This document shows positions 1-16,727 of a DNA stretch of 64,000 nucleotides, one piece after another. Every line of letters begins with the position of its first letter. The stretch's first letter is position 1. The notes under the pieces are model-generated. The model was not told the origin of the DNA, did not search any database, and saw only the letters and a list, made by a program, of their open reading frames with translations. Location of the stretch: the NCBI RefSeq assembly GCF_056746865.1, contig NZ_CM163382.1; one strand, written 5' to 3'. The translations under genes and the position numbers were made by a program.

Positions 1-1044
1 CACGCTTTTCAACCAGGCCAGAGTTCCGGCAATATCTTTATCATGTAGCATACCGATAACCGCCAGCACGCGCCCGTTTTTCGGTAGCGCTTTCATACGC
101 CCGGTGAGATATTCCGCCGCATGTGGATTATGCGCGACATCAAAAATAACGCGTGGCGACTCGCTCACAATCTGGAAACGTCCCGGCAAAATTGCGCTGG
201 CAATCCCGTCGCGAATGGCATTTTCACTGACCTCCAGCCCGCTGGCACGCAGTGCCGCCAGCGCCGTTGCGGCATTCGGTTGCGGGACAAGCGGCAACGG
301 CAGATTTTCCAGCGTGCCGTGAGCATCGCTAAACGCCCAGTCATGATCGGTGACGGAATAGTTCCACTCAACGCCCCGACGTTGTAACAGTGCACTTTTT
401 TCCTGCGCCACATCAGCAATGGTAGAAGGCATTTCCGGCTCACCGACAATTGCCGGTTTTTCGCTGCGGAAGATGCCTGCTTTCTCGCGACCAATGCTTT
501 CGCGATCTGGCCCCAGCCAGTCGGTATGATCCAGCGCAATGCTGGTTACTACCGCAACATCGGCATCGACAATATTGGTTGCGTCCAGACGACCGCCCAG
601 CCCTACTTCCAGAATCACCACGTCAAGTTGTGCCTGTTTGAACAGCCACAACGCCGACAGCGTACCGTACTCGAAATAGGTCAGGGAAATATCACCGCGT
701 GCCGATTCAATCTCCGCAAAAGAGGCGGTGTGGGCCGATTCCGGCAATTCCTGCTCCTGCACACGTACGCGCTCGGTATAACGCACCAGATGCGGTGAAC
801 TGTAGACGCCCACTTTGTACCCTGCCGCCATCAGAATCGACTCCAGCGTACGGCAGGTGGTGCCTTTGCCATTCGTACCCGCAACGGTAAACACAAATGG
901 CGCTGGTTTCAGAACGCCAAGACGCGCCGCGACCTGGCTCACGCGCTCAAGGCCGAGATCGATAGTTTTACTGTGCAGGTTTTCCAGATAAGAAAGCCAC
1001 GAAGCCAGAGGCGACGCGGCTTGAGGAGTGCGTTTGATAATCAT
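1..1044 (-). CDS. folC: Dihydrofolate synthase / folylpolyglutamate synthase FolC, partial (3-prime end runs off window start)
   Basis: Reverse-strand translation from 1044 begins MIIKRTPQAASPLASW, matching FolC N-terminus; lies directly downstream of accD as in the accD-folC operon; open to window edge. Confidence 0.85.
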   Translation of the reverse strand, partial: MIIKRTPQAASPLASWLSYLENLHSKTIDLGLERVSQVAARLGVLKPAPFVFTVAGTNGKGTTCRTLESILMAAGYKVGVYSSPHLVRYTERVRVQEQELPESAHTASFAEIESARGDISLTYFEYGTLSALWLFKQAQLDVVILEVGLGGRLDATNIVDADVAVVTSIALDHTDWLGPDRESIGREKAGIFRSEKPAIVGEPEMPSTIADVAQEKSALLQRRGVEWNYSVTDHDWAFSDAHGTLENLPLPLVPQPNAATALAALRASGLEVSENAIRDGIASAILPGRFQIVSESPRVIFDVAHNPHAAEYLTGRMKALPKNGRVLAVIGMLHDKDIAGTLAWLKSV

Positions 1045-1113
1045 GGTATCCGCTGATTCGTTACGGTGAGAATAGCAAAAGGGCAGAGCCAGTGGCCCTG
1101 CCCTTATCAGTTA

Positions 1114-2028
1114 TCAGGCCTCAGGTTCCTGATCTGGTACCGGTGGCACCACTACGCCTTCACGCGGCGCTTCAGGATTCGGCGCTGGCAGATTCATCAA
1201 CTTCGCCAGAATGCTCGCCAGTTTCAGGCGCATTTCCGGACGACGGACGATCATGTCGATCGCGCCTTTCTCGATCAGGAATTCACTGCGCTGGAATCCT
1301 GGCGGAAGTTTTTCGCGAACGGTCTGTTCGATAACACGCGGACCGGCAAAGCCGATTAACGCTTTCGGTTCAGCGATGTTGAGATCGCCCAGCATGGCGA
1401 AACTTGCAGAAACACCACCCATGGTCGGGTCGGTCAGCACGGAGATGTACGGCAAGCCGCGCTCCTGCATTTTTGCCAGCGCCGCAGAGGTTTTCGCCAT
1501 CTGCATCAGCGACATCAGTGCTTCCTGCATACGTGCGCCACCAGAGGCGGAGAAGCAGATCAGTGGGCAGTTATCTTCCAGCGCCTGCTCAACGGCACGC
1601 ACGAAACGTGCACCTACCACAGACCCCATGGAACCGCCCATAAAGGCGAATTCGAATGCCGCAGCGACAACTGGCATTCCATACAGGGTGCCTTTCATCA
1701 CCACCAGCGCATCTTTTTCGCCGGTTTCTTTCTGCGCAGATGCCAGACGGTCTTTATACTTCTTGGAGTCACGAAACTTCAGCACATCTTTCGGCTCAAG
1801 CTCGCTACCCAGCTCCACAAGGCTTCCTTCATCTAACAGGCTATGCAGGCGATTACGCGCTGTCATACGCATGTGATGGTCACACTTCGGACAGACCTCA
1901 AGATTACGTTCCAGCTCAGCGCGGTATAAAACCTGACCGCAGCTATCACACTTAGTCCACACCCCTTCAGGAATGCTCGCCTTGCGGGTGGGAGTAATGT
2001 TGCTTTTAATTCGTTCAATCCAGCTCAT
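1114..2028 (-). CDS. accD: Acetyl-CoA carboxylase carboxyltransferase beta subunit
   Basis: ORF 1114..2112 contains [11 protein letters not shown]...[10 protein letters not shown] (Zn-finger) and carboxyltransferase motifs; start trimmed to the ATG giving the 304-aa AccD. Confidence 0.93.
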
Positions 2029-2183
2029 TAGGGACCTTTCTGTCTGAACCTGGTTCGATGCCAGTTTTATCTTTGGGGACGCATAATGCCATTTTTGCCC
2101 CCAACAGACCATGAATGTTGCACATTAAAACATAACAGCCCGAAACTTTGGATAAAAAAGTGGTCGAACCGCGGAGTTACTTT

Positions 2184-2843
2184 TTATTTTGCGGCGCGTG
2201 CCGCAGCGCGTTTGTGGCGAATAAATTCGAAAACACCTGGCAATATTGAAACAAAAATAATGCCAACAATCATCAGTTTAAGGTTGCTCTGAATGAAGGG
2301 GAGCGTTCCGAAGAAATAACCCGCGTAGGTAAAAATCAGTACCCATAGCAACGCGCCGATGACGTTAAAAGCGGCGAAATGACGATACGACATGTGGCCC
2401 ATTCCCGCAACGAACGGCGCGAACGTTCTGACGATCGGCACAAAACGGGCGAGAATAATCGTTTTGCCGCCATGTTTCTCATAAAACTGATGAGTCTTAT
2501 CAAGATAACTGCGACGAAAGATTTTCGAATCCGGATTACTGAACAGTTTGTCACCAAATAACCGTCCAATGGTGTAGTTCACCGCGTCACCCACAATCGC
2601 GGCGATCAGCATCAGCACCACCATCATATGGACGTTGAGATCGTTGGTTTCCAGTGATGCCAACGCACCGGCAACAAACAGCAATGAATCACCCGGTAAA
2701 AACGGCGTTACCACCAGACCGGTTTCACAGAACAAAATTAAGAACAAAATGGCATAAACCCAGACGCCATACTCCGCGACCAGTTCTGCCAGATGCACGT
2801 CAATGTGCAGGATAAAATCGATGAGGAAATAAATCAGGTCCAT
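2184..2843 (-). CDS. dedA: DedA-family inner membrane protein
   Basis: 219-aa hydrophobic [29 protein letters not shown], position between accD and truA as in E. coli. Confidence 0.88.
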   Translation of the reverse strand: MDLIYFLIDFILHIDVHLAELVAEYGVWVYAILFLILFCETGLVVTPFLPGDSLLFVAGALASLETNDLNVHMMVVLMLIAAIVGDAVNYTIGRLFGDKLFSNPDSKIFRRSYLDKTHQFYEKHGGKTIILARFVPIVRTFAPFVAGMGHMSYRHFAAFNVIGALLWVLIFTYAGYFFGTLPFIQSNLKLMIVGIIFVSILPGVFEFIRHKRAAARAAK

Positions 2844-2925
2844 ATTAGCCTATGCCTTGTACTCGTCATCTTTCAGGCTGTAACTACGTTGGCTACAGCC
2901 TGAAATGTTCCGAGCATTATTCTTG

Positions 2926-3738
2926 TTAGTCCGCCAGAAATAGCGGGCCCATTGGCGGTTTTGGAAGATCATACCGGTCAGGGTAATCCACCGCGACCAG
3001 ATACAGCCCTTCCGCTTTTGCCGTTGCTGCCGCCAGCGTTCTGTCCTTTGCCGCCAGCAACTCTGCTATCCAGCTCTCCGGCTGGTTGTGGGCACCGACT
3101 TCCATCAGGCTGCCGACAATATTCCTGACCATATGATGTACAAAGGCATTCGCTTTGATATCTACCACCACATAAGGACCGTGACGCGTGACATTAATAT
3201 GCATAACGTTGCGCCACGGGGTTCGGGACTGGCACTGCACCGCACGGAACGAGGTGAAATCATTCTCGCCCAGCAAGCATTGCGCAGCCCGATGCATCCG
3301 TTCAGCGTCCAGCGGTTCGTAAAAATGGGTTACCCCTTTACTCAGTACCGCCGGGCGCAGCCGATGATTGTAGATGATGTAGCGATAACGGCGAGCCGTG
3401 GCGCTAAATCGGGCATGAAAATCATCAGGTACAGCTTTAACCCAACGCACGGCGATGTCACCAGGTAAATTCGCATTTACGCCCAACGTCCACGCAGCGT
3501 CTTTGCGCTGCGCGGTCGTTTCGAAATGCACAACCTGCCCGGTGCCGTGTACACCTGCGTCAGTACGCCCGGCGCAGAAGACGGTGATCGGTTCGTTCGC
3601 CACCTGGGAGAGCGCCTTTTCCAGCTTCTCCTGCACACTGCGGACTTCGTTCTGCCGTTGCCAGCCGTAATACTTACTGCCGTCGTACTCAATGCCCAGC
3701 GCAATTTTATAAACTGGCGGTTGTTGCTGGTCGGACAT
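2926..3738 (-). CDS. truA: tRNA pseudouridine(38-40) synthase
   Basis: 270-aa [32 protein letters not shown], classic TruA N-terminus; start overlaps usg stop. Confidence 0.93.
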   Translation of the reverse strand: MSDQQQPPVYKIALGIEYDGSKYYGWQRQNEVRSVQEKLEKALSQVANEPITVFCAGRTDAGVHGTGQVVHFETTAQRKDAAWTLGVNANLPGDIAVRWVKAVPDDFHARFSATARRYRYIIYNHRLRPAVLSKGVTHFYEPLDAERMHRAAQCLLGENDFTSFRAVQCQSRTPWRNVMHINVTRHGPYVVVDIKANAFVHHMVRNIVGSLMEVGAHNQPESWIAELLAAKDRTLAAATAKAEGLYLVAVDYPDRYDLPKPPMGPLFLAD

Positions 3739-4751
3739 TAGTACAGATACTCCTGCACCAGTTTCTCGGCGATTTTTACTGCCATCAGCGCGCCGCCAAA
3801 GCGAACGTTATCGGCCACCGACCAGAACTGAACTTGCTCCGGCATACCGTAGTCATTACGTACGCAGCCAACGGAAAGATGCGGCGTACCAGAAGCATCC
3901 CCCACCTGAGTCGGGAATTCGTTCTCTTCAGAGAGCACAATATCTTCGCCCTGAGCAAACGCATCACGCGCTTCTTCTGCCGCCAGCGGACGCAGAGCTT
4001 CAAAGTTGACCATCTGGGCATGACCGTAGAATACCGGTGCCTGGACGACGCTTGCCGAAATCATCAGCCCTTCGTCCTGCAGGATTTTGCGTACTTCGTC
4101 AACGATACGACGTTCTTCACGCACGCTACCTTCGCTATCCGGCAGTAACGGCAGCATGTTGAACGCCAGCTGACGCCCGAAGAAATCTTCTTCATCAATC
4201 GGAATGCCGTTGAGCAATTTCGCACTCTGCCCCGCTAACGCATCGACCGCTTTTTTGCCCTGGGCGGAGGCTGAAATCAGGCTGGTAACGCTGATACGCG
4301 ACAAACCGCCCTGATCGATTAACGGTTTCAGTGCCGCCAGCAGTTGGCTGGTCAGACTGTCCGGTACGGCGATGACATTCCGGTTGCGGTAATCGGTCAG
4401 TACAAACGGGTTTACTTCCGGCACCACCAGCGGTACGTCAGGTTCGAGAGCAAACAATCCGCTGCTATCGATCACCAGGCAACCTGAGTTGGTCGCTTCT
4501 TCAACCCAGGCACCGGTAGCTTCTTTGCCTGCGACAAAAAACGCCAGCTGCGCCTGCGTCCAGTCGAATTCAGCGGCATCCTGCACGGTGATTGTCTTAC
4601 CACCAAAGCGCAGTTGTTCGCCTGCGCTTTCGTTACGTGCCAGTGCATAAATTTCCCCAACCGGGAACTGACGTTCAGCCAGCGTTTCAAGCAGGGCTTC
4701 GCCCACAGCGCCAGTTGCGCCCAGGACGGCAATGTTCCAGCCTTCAGACAT
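3738..4751 (-). CDS. usg: Aspartate-semialdehyde dehydrogenase paralog Usg-1
   Basis: 337-aa ORF with N-terminal NAD-binding GATGAVG motif; located between pdxB and truA. Confidence 0.85.
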   Translation of the reverse strand: MSEGWNIAVLGATGAVGEALLETLAERQFPVGEIYALARNESAGEQLRFGGKTITVQDAAEFDWTQAQLAFFVAGKEATGAWVEEATNSGCLVIDSSGLFALEPDVPLVVPEVNPFVLTDYRNRNVIAVPDSLTSQLLAALKPLIDQGGLSRISVTSLISASAQGKKAVDALAGQSAKLLNGIPIDEEDFFGRQLAFNMLPLLPDSEGSVREERRIVDEVRKILQDEGLMISASVVQAPVFYGHAQMVNFEALRPLAAEEARDAFAQGEDIVLSEENEFPTQVGDASGTPHLSVGCVRNDYGMPEQVQFWSVADNVRFGGALMAVKIAEKLVQEYLY

Positions 4752-4816
4752 GGTGGTTTACTCCAGAAATAGCAAAGCTCCCTGCCAATATTACAGCAGA
4801 GAGCATGAAGAAGAGA

Positions 4817-5953
4817 TTAACGTGCCGGATGATGAACGGCGTTAAAACCCAGTTTACACAGCAATGATGCCGCGCTGGCGTCATCACAAATTACATACAG
4901 AGATGACCATTCACGGCGCTCAAGATAGTTTTTGCGCAGCTTATCGAACTCACCCGGTATTCCGGCGACTTTACGCAGCGGTGCGTCATCGCGGCGCACA
5001 TCATACACCAAATGCACCAGCCTTTTCAGCGTCGGTTGATCGAGCGGGCCATGCAGCGTAATGCGGCCAAACTCTGGCGCGGGCAGCAACGTATCCAGCG
5101 CAACGTGTTGTTCATGCCCAATAAACTTGCTATAAGCTTCAAACACTTGCGTAGTACCGCGTGCTTTACCTTCCAGGGTATAGCCTGCGATATGCGGCGT
5201 GCCGATATCCACTTTTTTCAGCAATTCCACGTTGAGTTCCGGTTCGCCTTCCCAGACATCCAGCACTACGCTTAACTTCTGGCCTTCGTTCAGACAGGTC
5301 AATAGGGCAGTATTATCGACGACTGCGCCACGGCAGGCGTTAATCAGAATCGCTCCTGGTTTCAGGCTACGGATCAGTTTTTCATCCGCCAGATGCAGCG
5401 TTTTGTACGGCCCGTCTTTGAAGAGTGGCGTATGGAAAGTCAGAATATCCGCATGCTGAACTAATTCATCCAGCGAGCGGAAATCCCCCTCATCCCCACG
5501 GTCGGCGCGAGGCGGATCGCAAAGCAAGGTTGTAATCCCTAACGCTTCCAGTCGCGCCTGTAAACGGCGACCAACGTTACCAACGCCCACGATCCCCACT
5601 GTACGGTCGTGCAGTGAAAATCCATCGCGTTCGGCAAGCATCAGCAGTGAGGAGAAAACATATTCCACCACCGCAATCGCATTACAGCCTGGTGCCGCGG
5701 AAAAACCAATTCCCGCCTGCTTTAACCACGCTTCATCGACATGGTCGGTCCCCGCGGTGGCAGTGCCAACAAATTTAATGGGTTTTCCTCCCAGCAAAGA
5801 TTCATTCACTTTCGTGACCGAACGCACCATCAGCGCATCCGCGTCTGCCAGTTGAGCCACGGGGATTGGACGCCCGGGAACCGCGGTCACCTCACCCAAA
5901 CGGCTAAATAAGTCGCGGGCATAAGGCATATTTTCATCAACAAGGATTTTCAC
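4817..5953 (-). CDS. pdxB: Erythronate-4-phosphate dehydrogenase
   Basis: 378-aa [25 protein letters not shown] with D-2-hydroxyacid dehydrogenase fold motifs (GIVGVGNVG). Confidence 0.92.
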   Translation of the reverse strand: MKILVDENMPYARDLFSRLGEVTAVPGRPIPVAQLADADALMVRSVTKVNESLLGGKPIKFVGTATAGTDHVDEAWLKQAGIGFSAAPGCNAIAVVEYVFSSLLMLAERDGFSLHDRTVGIVGVGNVGRRLQARLEALGITTLLCDPPRADRGDEGDFRSLDELVQHADILTFHTPLFKDGPYKTLHLADEKLIRSLKPGAILINACRGAVVDNTALLTCLNEGQKLSVVLDVWEGEPELNVELLKKVDIGTPHIAGYTLEGKARGTTQVFEAYSKFIGHEQHVALDTLLPAPEFGRITLHGPLDQPTLKRLVHLVYDVRRDDAPLRKVAGIPGEFDKLRKNYLERREWSSLYVICDDASAASLLCKLGFNAVHHPAR

Positions 5954-6051
5954 GTTTGTGTTACCTGTATGAGACGAGAGTTAACCGGACAAGTGTGCCA
6001 TAATCTCGCGGCCAGGCATACTTGCGAAGATTTCAGGTATAAGGATACGTA

Positions 6052-8225
<2,174 letters not shown>

Positions 8226-8385
8226 TTACTCCAGAATGCAGCGCAAGGCGAGGAGTATCCCCGTCTCATCTCTCTGGTTTCAGGGTTACGGTGCGTTGGC
8301 AGGATTTAACGCGTACGTCTTTTCAGAAGGAAATCGACAAAGCGGGAAGTTTGCCTGGAACAGGCGGCGATTGTCAATGATGTGA

Positions 8386-8412
8386 AAAAGGGAACCATCG
8401 GGTTCCCTTTTG
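8386..8412 (-). terminator. Rho-independent terminator hairpin downstream of fabB (bidirectional A/T flanks)
   Basis: GGGAACC-ATCG-GGTTCCC stem-loop flanked by A-run and T-run. Confidence 0.55.
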
Positions 8413-8443
8413 CATTAGTGCCGGAGGCGGTATTGGTGCATAT

Positions 8444-8480
8444 CGTCGGATGCGACGCTGGCGCGTCTTATCCGACCTAC
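8444..8480. repeat. REP-like palindromic element
   Basis: TCGGATGCGACGCTGGCGCGTCTTATCCGACCTAC resembles the REP consensus (GCCGGATGCG...CTTATCCGGCCTAC). Confidence 0.55.
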
Positions 8481-8506
8481 TCCGAGCTACTCCGACCTAC
8501 TGCGAA

Positions 8507-9727
8507 TTAATCTTTCAGCTTACGCATTACCAGCGTGGCGTTGGTGCCGCCGAAGCCGAAGCTGTTAGACATCACGGTGGTCAGTTCGCGATCGGTCGTT
8601 TCGGTCACGATGTTCAGACCCGCAGCCTGTTCGTCCAGCTCTTCAATGTTGATGCTCGGGGCGATAAAGCCGTGTTCCAGCATCAGCAGAGAGTAGATAG
8701 CTTCCTGTACGCCAGCAGCGCCCAGAGAGTGACCGGTCATTGCTTTGGTTGCAGAAATCGCCGGGCTCTTATCGCCGAACACTTCACGGATAGCCGCCAG
8801 CTCTTTCACGTCGCCAACCGGAGTCGAAGTACCGTGGGAGTTCAGGTAGTCGATTGGGGTATCAACACCGTGCATCGCCATCTTCATGCAACGCACTGCG
8901 CCTTCGCCAGACGGAGCAACCATGTCTGCGCCATCAGACGTTGCGCCGTAGCCAACGATTTCAGCGTAGATATGAGCACCACGTGCCAACGCGTGTTCCA
9001 GTTCTTCGACCACCACCATACCGCCGCCGCCAGCGATAACGAAACCGTCACGGTGAGCGTCATAAGTACGGGAGGCTTTTTCCGGGGTGTCGTTGTATTT
9101 GGTAGACAGCGCGCCCATTGCGTCGAATTCGCAGGCCATTTCCCAGCACAGCTCTTCGCCGCCGCCAGCAAACACGATATCCTGTTTGCCCAGTTGGATC
9201 TGCTCTACTGCGTTACCGATACAGTGCGCGGAAGTCGCACATGCGGAGCTGATGGAGTAGTTAACGCCGTGAATCTTAAACGGCGTGGCGAGGCAGGCAG
9301 AAACGCCGGATGCCATCGCTTTGGTGACCACATACGGGCCTACCGCTTTCAGGCCGCGCGGGCCGCGCATTGCGTCAGCGCCGAACACCTGAAAACGCGG
9401 GGAACCGCCGCCGGAACCTGCAATCAGGCCAACGCGCGGGTTATTCTGGTAAGCTTCCGGGGAGAGGCCAGCATCTGCAATTGCCTGCTCCATAGAAAGG
9501 AATGCATAAATGGATGCGTCGCTCATAAAGCGCACAACTTTGCGGTCAATGAGGCCAGTGGTATCCAGTTTTACGTTGCCCCAGACGTGGCTACGCATGC
9601 CGGAATCCTTCAGCTCCTGAGAGAAAGTGATCCCTGAACGTCCTTCACGCAGAGATGCCAGGACTTCCTGCTGGTTATTACCGATGCTGGAAACAATGCC
9701 CAGGCCAGTAATCACTGCACGTTTCAT
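8507..9727 (-). CDS. fabB: 3-oxoacyl-ACP synthase I (KAS I)
   Basis: 406-aa [25 protein letters not shown] with condensing-enzyme active-site region (Cys...His...His). Confidence 0.95.
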
Positions 9728-9819
9728 TCAATACCTCTGTAAGTCGCACATAGAGTAAGTTTCGAATGCACAATAGCGTACACTTGTACGCCGAACAAGT
9801 CCGATCAGCCAATTAATAG

Positions 9820-11892
<2,073 letters not shown>

Positions 11893-11905
11893 CCAGCTTT
11901 GGCAG

Positions 11906-12006
<101 letters not shown>

Positions 12007-12012
12007 CGCAAC

Positions 12013-12291
12013 TTACTGCTGTGACGCCTGCTGAAACAGGTTTTCCCACATATCGGTCACCAGCGCCTGGTCACGCGGCGACAATTCACCGGCACCAATG
12101 GCTTTTTCCAGACTCTGGCTAACGGTCGTATGTACCGCCTGGGCGGAGTGGTCATCACCACTTTCCAGTTCTGCGATGGCTAATGTCAGGTGGCCACGCA
12201 AATACCCACTGGCAAACAACTCATCATCACTGGCATGGTCAACCATACCGTCGATTAATGCCAGAATGCGTGATTCAAACTCCGCGATCAT
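12013..12291 (-). CDS. yfcL: Uncharacterized protein YfcL
   Basis: 92-aa ORF at the end of the aroC-mepA-yfcA-epmC-yfcL cluster. Confidence 0.75.
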
Positions 12292-12324
12292 CTTCTTTCC
12301 TCATTGTAAAACGTGGCGCTGGCT

Positions 12325-12873
12325 TTAGTTGAGCGCTTCCGGCCACGGGAACTGTTCCGCCGTAAGTTCCGGCGTGTGATAATAATTTTGTAATGCTTTA
12401 ATGAAGCGTGCCGGGCGTTCAGGAATGCCGTTTTCCAGATAATCCATCACCTGTGCATGTACCCGCCGTTGAAACACCACACGATCCGGTTCGAAGTCGC
12501 CTTCCAGATTGTCGCAACTGACGTTAAACGGATATCCCGCCGCCACACAGAACAACCAGTCCAGCGCCTGCGGCTTCACTTCAACATCTTCAAACTGGCT
12601 TTGCGTTTGGGCATCGCGTCCGTCCGGGCAATACCAGTAGCCGAAATCAACCAGCTCACGGCGCGCTTTCCCGGCAATACACCAGTGCGAAATCTCGTGG
12701 ATGGCGCTGGCATAAAAGCCATGAGCAAAGACGATTCGGTTATACGGTACTTCCGCATCAGCAGGAAGATAGATCGGTTCGTCGTCGCCTTTAATCAGAC
12801 GGGTATTAAAATCATCGGCAAAGCAGCTATTAAAAATTTCAATCAACTGCTCATAGTGGTGTGTACTGTTCAT
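12325..12873 (-). CDS. epmC: Elongation factor P hydroxylase EpmC (YfcM)
   Basis: 182-aa ORF MNSTHHYEQLIEIFNSCFADDFNTRLIKGDDEPIYLPA; synteny. Confidence 0.85.
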   Translation of the reverse strand: MNSTHHYEQLIEIFNSCFADDFNTRLIKGDDEPIYLPADAEVPYNRIVFAHGFYASAIHEISHWCIAGKARRELVDFGYWYCPDGRDAQTQSQFEDVEVKPQALDWLFCVAAGYPFNVSCDNLEGDFEPDRVVFQRRVHAQVMDYLENGIPERPARFIKALQNYYHTPELTAEQFPWPEALN

Positions 12874-13682
12874 TAGTTCATCCCCAACCAGTGGAGGATC
12901 TCCTGTCCGTGGCTATCGTAAAGTAATTTGGCACTCATCACCGCTGAGACAATAACAATCATCGGGCGGATCAGCTTTTGTCCTTTGCTCAACACCAGTC
13001 GTGAACCCATGCGCGCGCCGAGGAACTGCCCCACCAGCATCACGAATCCTGTCGCCCAAATCACTTTGCCACCGAGAATAAACAGCAGTAAACCGCCGAT
13101 ATTTGACGTTGCGTTGAGTAATTTGGCGTGAGCCGTGGCTTTGGCGAGGTTGAATCCGCACAGCGTAACAAAGGCCAGCGCGTAAAACGATCCCGCTGCC
13201 GGACCAAAGAAGCCGTCATAAAAACCGACGCAGCCACCGGCAATTAACGCGAAGGGTAAACCGTACATCCGGCGCTGGCGATCTTCTTCACCCAGCTTTG
13301 GCATCAGCAAGAAATAGAGGCCGATACAAATCACCAGAATGGGCAAAATCTGCCGTAAGACATCAGCCTGAACATACTGCACCAGCAATGCGCCGCTCAT
13401 TGAGCCGACAAAGGTCATGGCGATATTGAGTTTCTGATCGCTTAAACTAACCACTTTGCGGCGAATAAAGTAGATAGTGGCGGAAATAGAGCCACCGCAG
13501 GCTTGCAGTTTATTGGTTGCCAGCGCGTTAGCGGGAGACATCCCCGCCGCCATCAATGCCGGAATGGTGAGTAACCCACCGCCACCGGCAATCGAGTCGA
13601 TAAATCCCGCCAGCATGGCGACAAAAAAGAGAACTCCCAGCAACAGCGGGGAAACCATAAACAGGCTATTAAACGTTTCCAT
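12873..13682 (-). CDS. yfcA: TauE/SafE-family membrane protein YfcA
   Basis: 269-aa hydrophobic ORF with duplicated Gly-rich TM motifs; start/stop overlaps with neighbours. Confidence 0.85.
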   Translation of the reverse strand: METFNSLFMVSPLLLGVLFFVAMLAGFIDSIAGGGGLLTIPALMAAGMSPANALATNKLQACGGSISATIYFIRRKVVSLSDQKLNIAMTFVGSMSGALLVQYVQADVLRQILPILVICIGLYFLLMPKLGEEDRQRRMYGLPFALIAGGCVGFYDGFFGPAAGSFYALAFVTLCGFNLAKATAHAKLLNATSNIGGLLLFILGGKVIWATGFVMLVGQFLGARMGSRLVLSKGQKLIRPMIVIVSAVMSAKLLYDSHGQEILHWLGMN

Positions 13683-14506
13683 TAGATCACGTGCTCATCC
13701 AGTAGCGCCTGGCAGGAAGGCGGCAACGGAGGCGGTGTCTTCTTCTCAGGCTTTGTTGTTCCCGGTTTTGGAGGTTCAAACCAGCTTTGCAGTTCTGCCC
13801 CGCAACCATCGCCTGGTGGCGGTAAAGGTTGATCTTCACACTCCAGACTATCGGCAGGACAACGTAATCGTACATGCATATGCGCGCGATGCTGGAACCA
13901 GGGTCGCACTTTGCGCAACCAGTCGCGATCGGTGCCCGCATCAAGGCAAAGTTGTTGTTTAATCGCCGGATTAACAAAAATGCGCGTGACGTCTTTGTCC
14001 TGGGCGGCGAGTTTGATCAAGCTGAAAATTTCTGGCTTCCACAGCGTCGGAACAACGTGTTTACCGTCGCGGGAAACTAAATCTAACGCTTGCGGGCGCA
14101 AGAGCTGCGCGGAGGTCCAGCGTGTTTTTGGCAGTTGCAGGAAGATGTCCACATCCAGTCCGGTCTGGTGGCTGGCGTGACCGCCGTTGAAACGACCACC
14201 AGCAGGCATCCCCATATCGCCAATCAGCACCGTGCCCAAGCTCAGATTGCTCACCTGGCTACTCAGACGCTGGATAAACATCACCAGATCCGGGTGTCCG
14301 AAATAGCGACGCTGATCGGTACGCATGACCTGATAATGTTCGGACTGTATCGGCAGCGTGTCAGCGCCGACGATACAGCCATTAGAAAAACTGCCTATCG
14401 ATTGTGCGCTACCCGGCACAGGTTGGGTTATTTTTTGCCACGGCGTCGCTGCCAGGCTGGCGCTACTGGCAAGCAGGGCCAGCAGCGCAATCGCGGTTTT
14501 GTTCAT
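13682..14506 (-). CDS. mepA: Penicillin-insensitive murein DD-endopeptidase MepA
   Basis: 274-aa ORF with signal peptide [19 protein letters not shown] and HxH metallopeptidase region. Confidence 0.9.
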   Translation of the reverse strand: MNKTAIALLALLASSASLAATPWQKITQPVPGSAQSIGSFSNGCIVGADTLPIQSEHYQVMRTDQRRYFGHPDLVMFIQRLSSQVSNLSLGTVLIGDMGMPAGGRFNGGHASHQTGLDVDIFLQLPKTRWTSAQLLRPQALDLVSRDGKHVVPTLWKPEIFSLIKLAAQDKDVTRIFVNPAIKQQLCLDAGTDRDWLRKVRPWFQHRAHMHVRLRCPADSLECEDQPLPPPGDGCGAELQSWFEPPKPGTTKPEKKTPPPLPPSCQALLDEHVI

Positions 14507-14509
14507 TTT

Positions 14510-15595
14510 TTACCAGCGTGGAATATCAGTCTTCACATCGGCATTTTGCGCCCGCTGCCGTAACAGGTGATCCATTAAAACGATCGCCAGCATCGCTTCT
14601 GCGATCGGCACCGCACGGATCCCGACACAAGGATCGTGACGGCCTTTGGTGATCATCTCAACTTCTTCGCCAAAGCGGTTAATGGTACGCCCTGGCACGG
14701 TAATGCTGGAGGTTGGCTTCAGCGCCATATGGGCAATGATTTGCTGCCCGCTGCTGATACCGCCAAGAATGCCGCCCGCATGGTTGCTCTGGAAACCGTC
14801 TTTGGTGATTTCGTCGCGGTTCTGGCTGCCACGCAGCGCCACCACGTCAAAACCATCACCAATTTCTACGCCTTTCACCGCGTTGATGCTCATCAGCGCA
14901 TGGGCGATGTCGGCATCCAGGCGGTCAAAGACCGGCTCGCCAAGTCCGGCGGGGACGCCACTGGCAACAACGGTGACTTTCGCGCCGATGGAGTCGCCCT
15001 CTTTTTTCAGCGCGCGCATCAGTTCATCTAACGCGTCGATTTTGTCCGGGTCCGGGCAGAAAAACGGATTTTGCTCGACCTGCGACCAGTCTTTGATTTC
15101 CAGCGGAATGTCACCCATCTGGGTCAGGCAGCCGCGAATCTCAATGCCAAATTTCTCGGCGAGATATTTTTTTGCAATCGCCCCTGCCGCCACGCGCATG
15201 GCGGTTTCGCGGGCGGAAGAGCGCCCGCCGCCGCGATAATCGCGCAGACCGTATTTTTGTTCGTAGGTGTAATCGGCATGGCCTGGACGGAAAACGTCTT
15301 TAATGGCGCTGTAATCCTGAGAACGCTGGTCGGTATTTTCGATCAACAAGCCAATGCTGGTGCCAGTAGTAACACCTTCAAAAACACCGGAGAGTATTTT
15401 GACCTGATCCGGCTCGCGGCGCTGGGTGGTATAGCGCGATGTCCCAGGGCGACGACGATCAAGGTCATGTTGCAGGTCCGCTTCCGTCAGCGGAATGCCT
15501 GGCGGAACACCATCGACGATGCAGCCGAGCGCCAGCCCGTGCGATTCGCCGAAGGTGGTTACGCGAAAGAGTTGTCCAATTGTGTTTCCAGCCAT
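14510..15595 (-). CDS. aroC: Chorismate synthase
   Basis: ORF contains [20 protein letters not shown], classic AroC N-terminus; start trimmed to ATG at 15595 (361 aa). Confidence 0.95.
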   Translation of the reverse strand: MAGNTIGQLFRVTTFGESHGLALGCIVDGVPPGIPLTEADLQHDLDRRRPGTSRYTTQRREPDQVKILSGVFEGVTTGTSIGLLIENTDQRSQDYSAIKDVFRPGHADYTYEQKYGLRDYRGGGRSSARETAMRVAAGAIAKKYLAEKFGIEIRGCLTQMGDIPLEIKDWSQVEQNPFFCPDPDKIDALDELMRALKKEGDSIGAKVTVVASGVPAGLGEPVFDRLDADIAHALMSINAVKGVEIGDGFDVVALRGSQNRDEITKDGFQSNHAGGILGGISSGQQIIAHMALKPTSSITVPGRTINRFGEEVEMITKGRHDPCVGIRAVPIAEAMLAIVLMDHLLRQRAQNADVKTDIPRW

Positions 15596-15629
15596 CACGG
15601 CTCCGTTATTGTTGTGTTTGCGTGTTTAC

Positions 15630-16562
15630 TTAATCTTTATAAATCGCGAAATGTTCACGGGCCGCCAGCAGCTGCTCTTTGGTGAGCATAAACACACCAT
15701 CGCCGCCGTTATCAAACTCCAGCCAGGTGAACGGAACATCCGGATATTGTTCCATAAGATGTACCATGCTGTTGCCGACTTCACAAATCAGCACGCCATC
15801 ATCAGCGAGGTAATCTGCCGCGTTACCGAGAATGCGACGCGTCAGTTTCAGGCCGTCGGTGCCAGATGCCAGGCCCAGTTCCGGCTCGTGGCGGTATTCA
15901 TTTGGCAGGTCGGACATATCTTCCGCATCGACGTACGGCGGGTTAGTGACGATCAGGTCGTACTGTACTTTCGGCAAATCACGGAACAGATCGGAGCGAA
16001 TCGGGATGACGTTGTGGATCAGACCGTGTTCTTCGATGTTCTGTTCAGCAACCGCCAGCGCGTCGGGAGAGATATCCACCGCGTCAACTTCCGCATCCGG
16101 GAAGGCATAAGCACAGGCAATGGCGATGCAGCCGCTACCGGTACACATATCTAAAATATGCTGCGGTTGCTTGCTGATAAGTCCGGCAAATTTATTGTTG
16201 ATCAGTTCACCAATCGGCGAGCGCGGCACCAGCACGCGTTCATCGACGTAAAATTCATGACCGCAGAACCACGCTTTGTTAGTCAGGTAAGCCACCGGAA
16301 TGCGTTCATTGACGCGGCGGATCACGCGCTCAACAATACGGTGTTTTTCGCTGGAGGTCAGACGCGCGGTGCGCATATCTTCCGGGATATCCAGCGGCAG
16401 GTAGAGTGAAGGCAACACCAGTTGCACGGCTTCATCCCACGGGTTGTCAGTGCCGTGGCCGTACCAGATATTCGCCGCGCTGAAGCGGCTCACCGACCAG
16501 CGCAACATGTCCTGAATGGTTTGCAGCTCATTTACTGCTTCATCAACGAAAATTTTATCCAC
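15630..16562 (-). CDS. prmB: Ribosomal protein L3 glutamine methyltransferase PrmB
   Basis: ORF 15630..16895 contains [22 protein letters not shown] and NPPY methyltransferase motif; start placed at GTG 16562 with GGAGG RBS upstream (310 aa). Confidence 0.88.
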   Translation of the reverse strand: MDKIFVDEAVNELQTIQDMLRWSVSRFSAANIWYGHGTDNPWDEAVQLVLPSLYLPLDIPEDMRTARLTSSEKHRIVERVIRRVNERIPVAYLTNKAWFCGHEFYVDERVLVPRSPIGELINNKFAGLISKQPQHILDMCTGSGCIAIACAYAFPDAEVDAVDISPDALAVAEQNIEEHGLIHNVIPIRSDLFRDLPKVQYDLIVTNPPYVDAEDMSDLPNEYRHEPELGLASGTDGLKLTRRILGNAADYLADDGVLICEVGNSMVHLMEQYPDVPFTWLEFDNGGDGVFMLTKEQLLAAREHFAIYKD

Positions 16563-16727
16563 GTATTCCTCCAGGGCATGATCGCAATAATTTCGGCGGC
16601 TAGTTTGCCATGAAGATGACGATAAATCAGCATTCACGCGCGGTGAGTGCGGAAAAATACGTTTAAAACGATCGATTGCGCTACGAGTCGGGTAAACTGT
16701 AGGAAAATTAGAAATAGAGACAGATAA

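Noticed and set aside
1211-1876. 221-aa plus-strand ORF
   Set aside because: Antisense shadow ORF inside accD.
8461-8500. Short direct repeats CTACTCCGA / CCTACT next to the REP element
   Set aside because: Only ~2.5 copies of a 9-10-nt unit adjacent to a REP; too short and irregular for a CRISPR or minisatellite and probably REP-associated degeneracy.
8450-9637. 395-aa plus-strand ORF
   Set aside because: Lies entirely antisense to fabB, a highly conserved gene with strong identity; Ala/Arg/Gly/His-rich composition typical of a shadow ORF in GC-rich coding DNA.
14646-15685. 197-aa and 204-aa plus-strand ORFs
   Set aside because: Antisense shadow ORFs inside aroC.
15495-16154. 219-aa plus-strand ORF
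   Set aside because: Antisense shadow ORF inside prmB.
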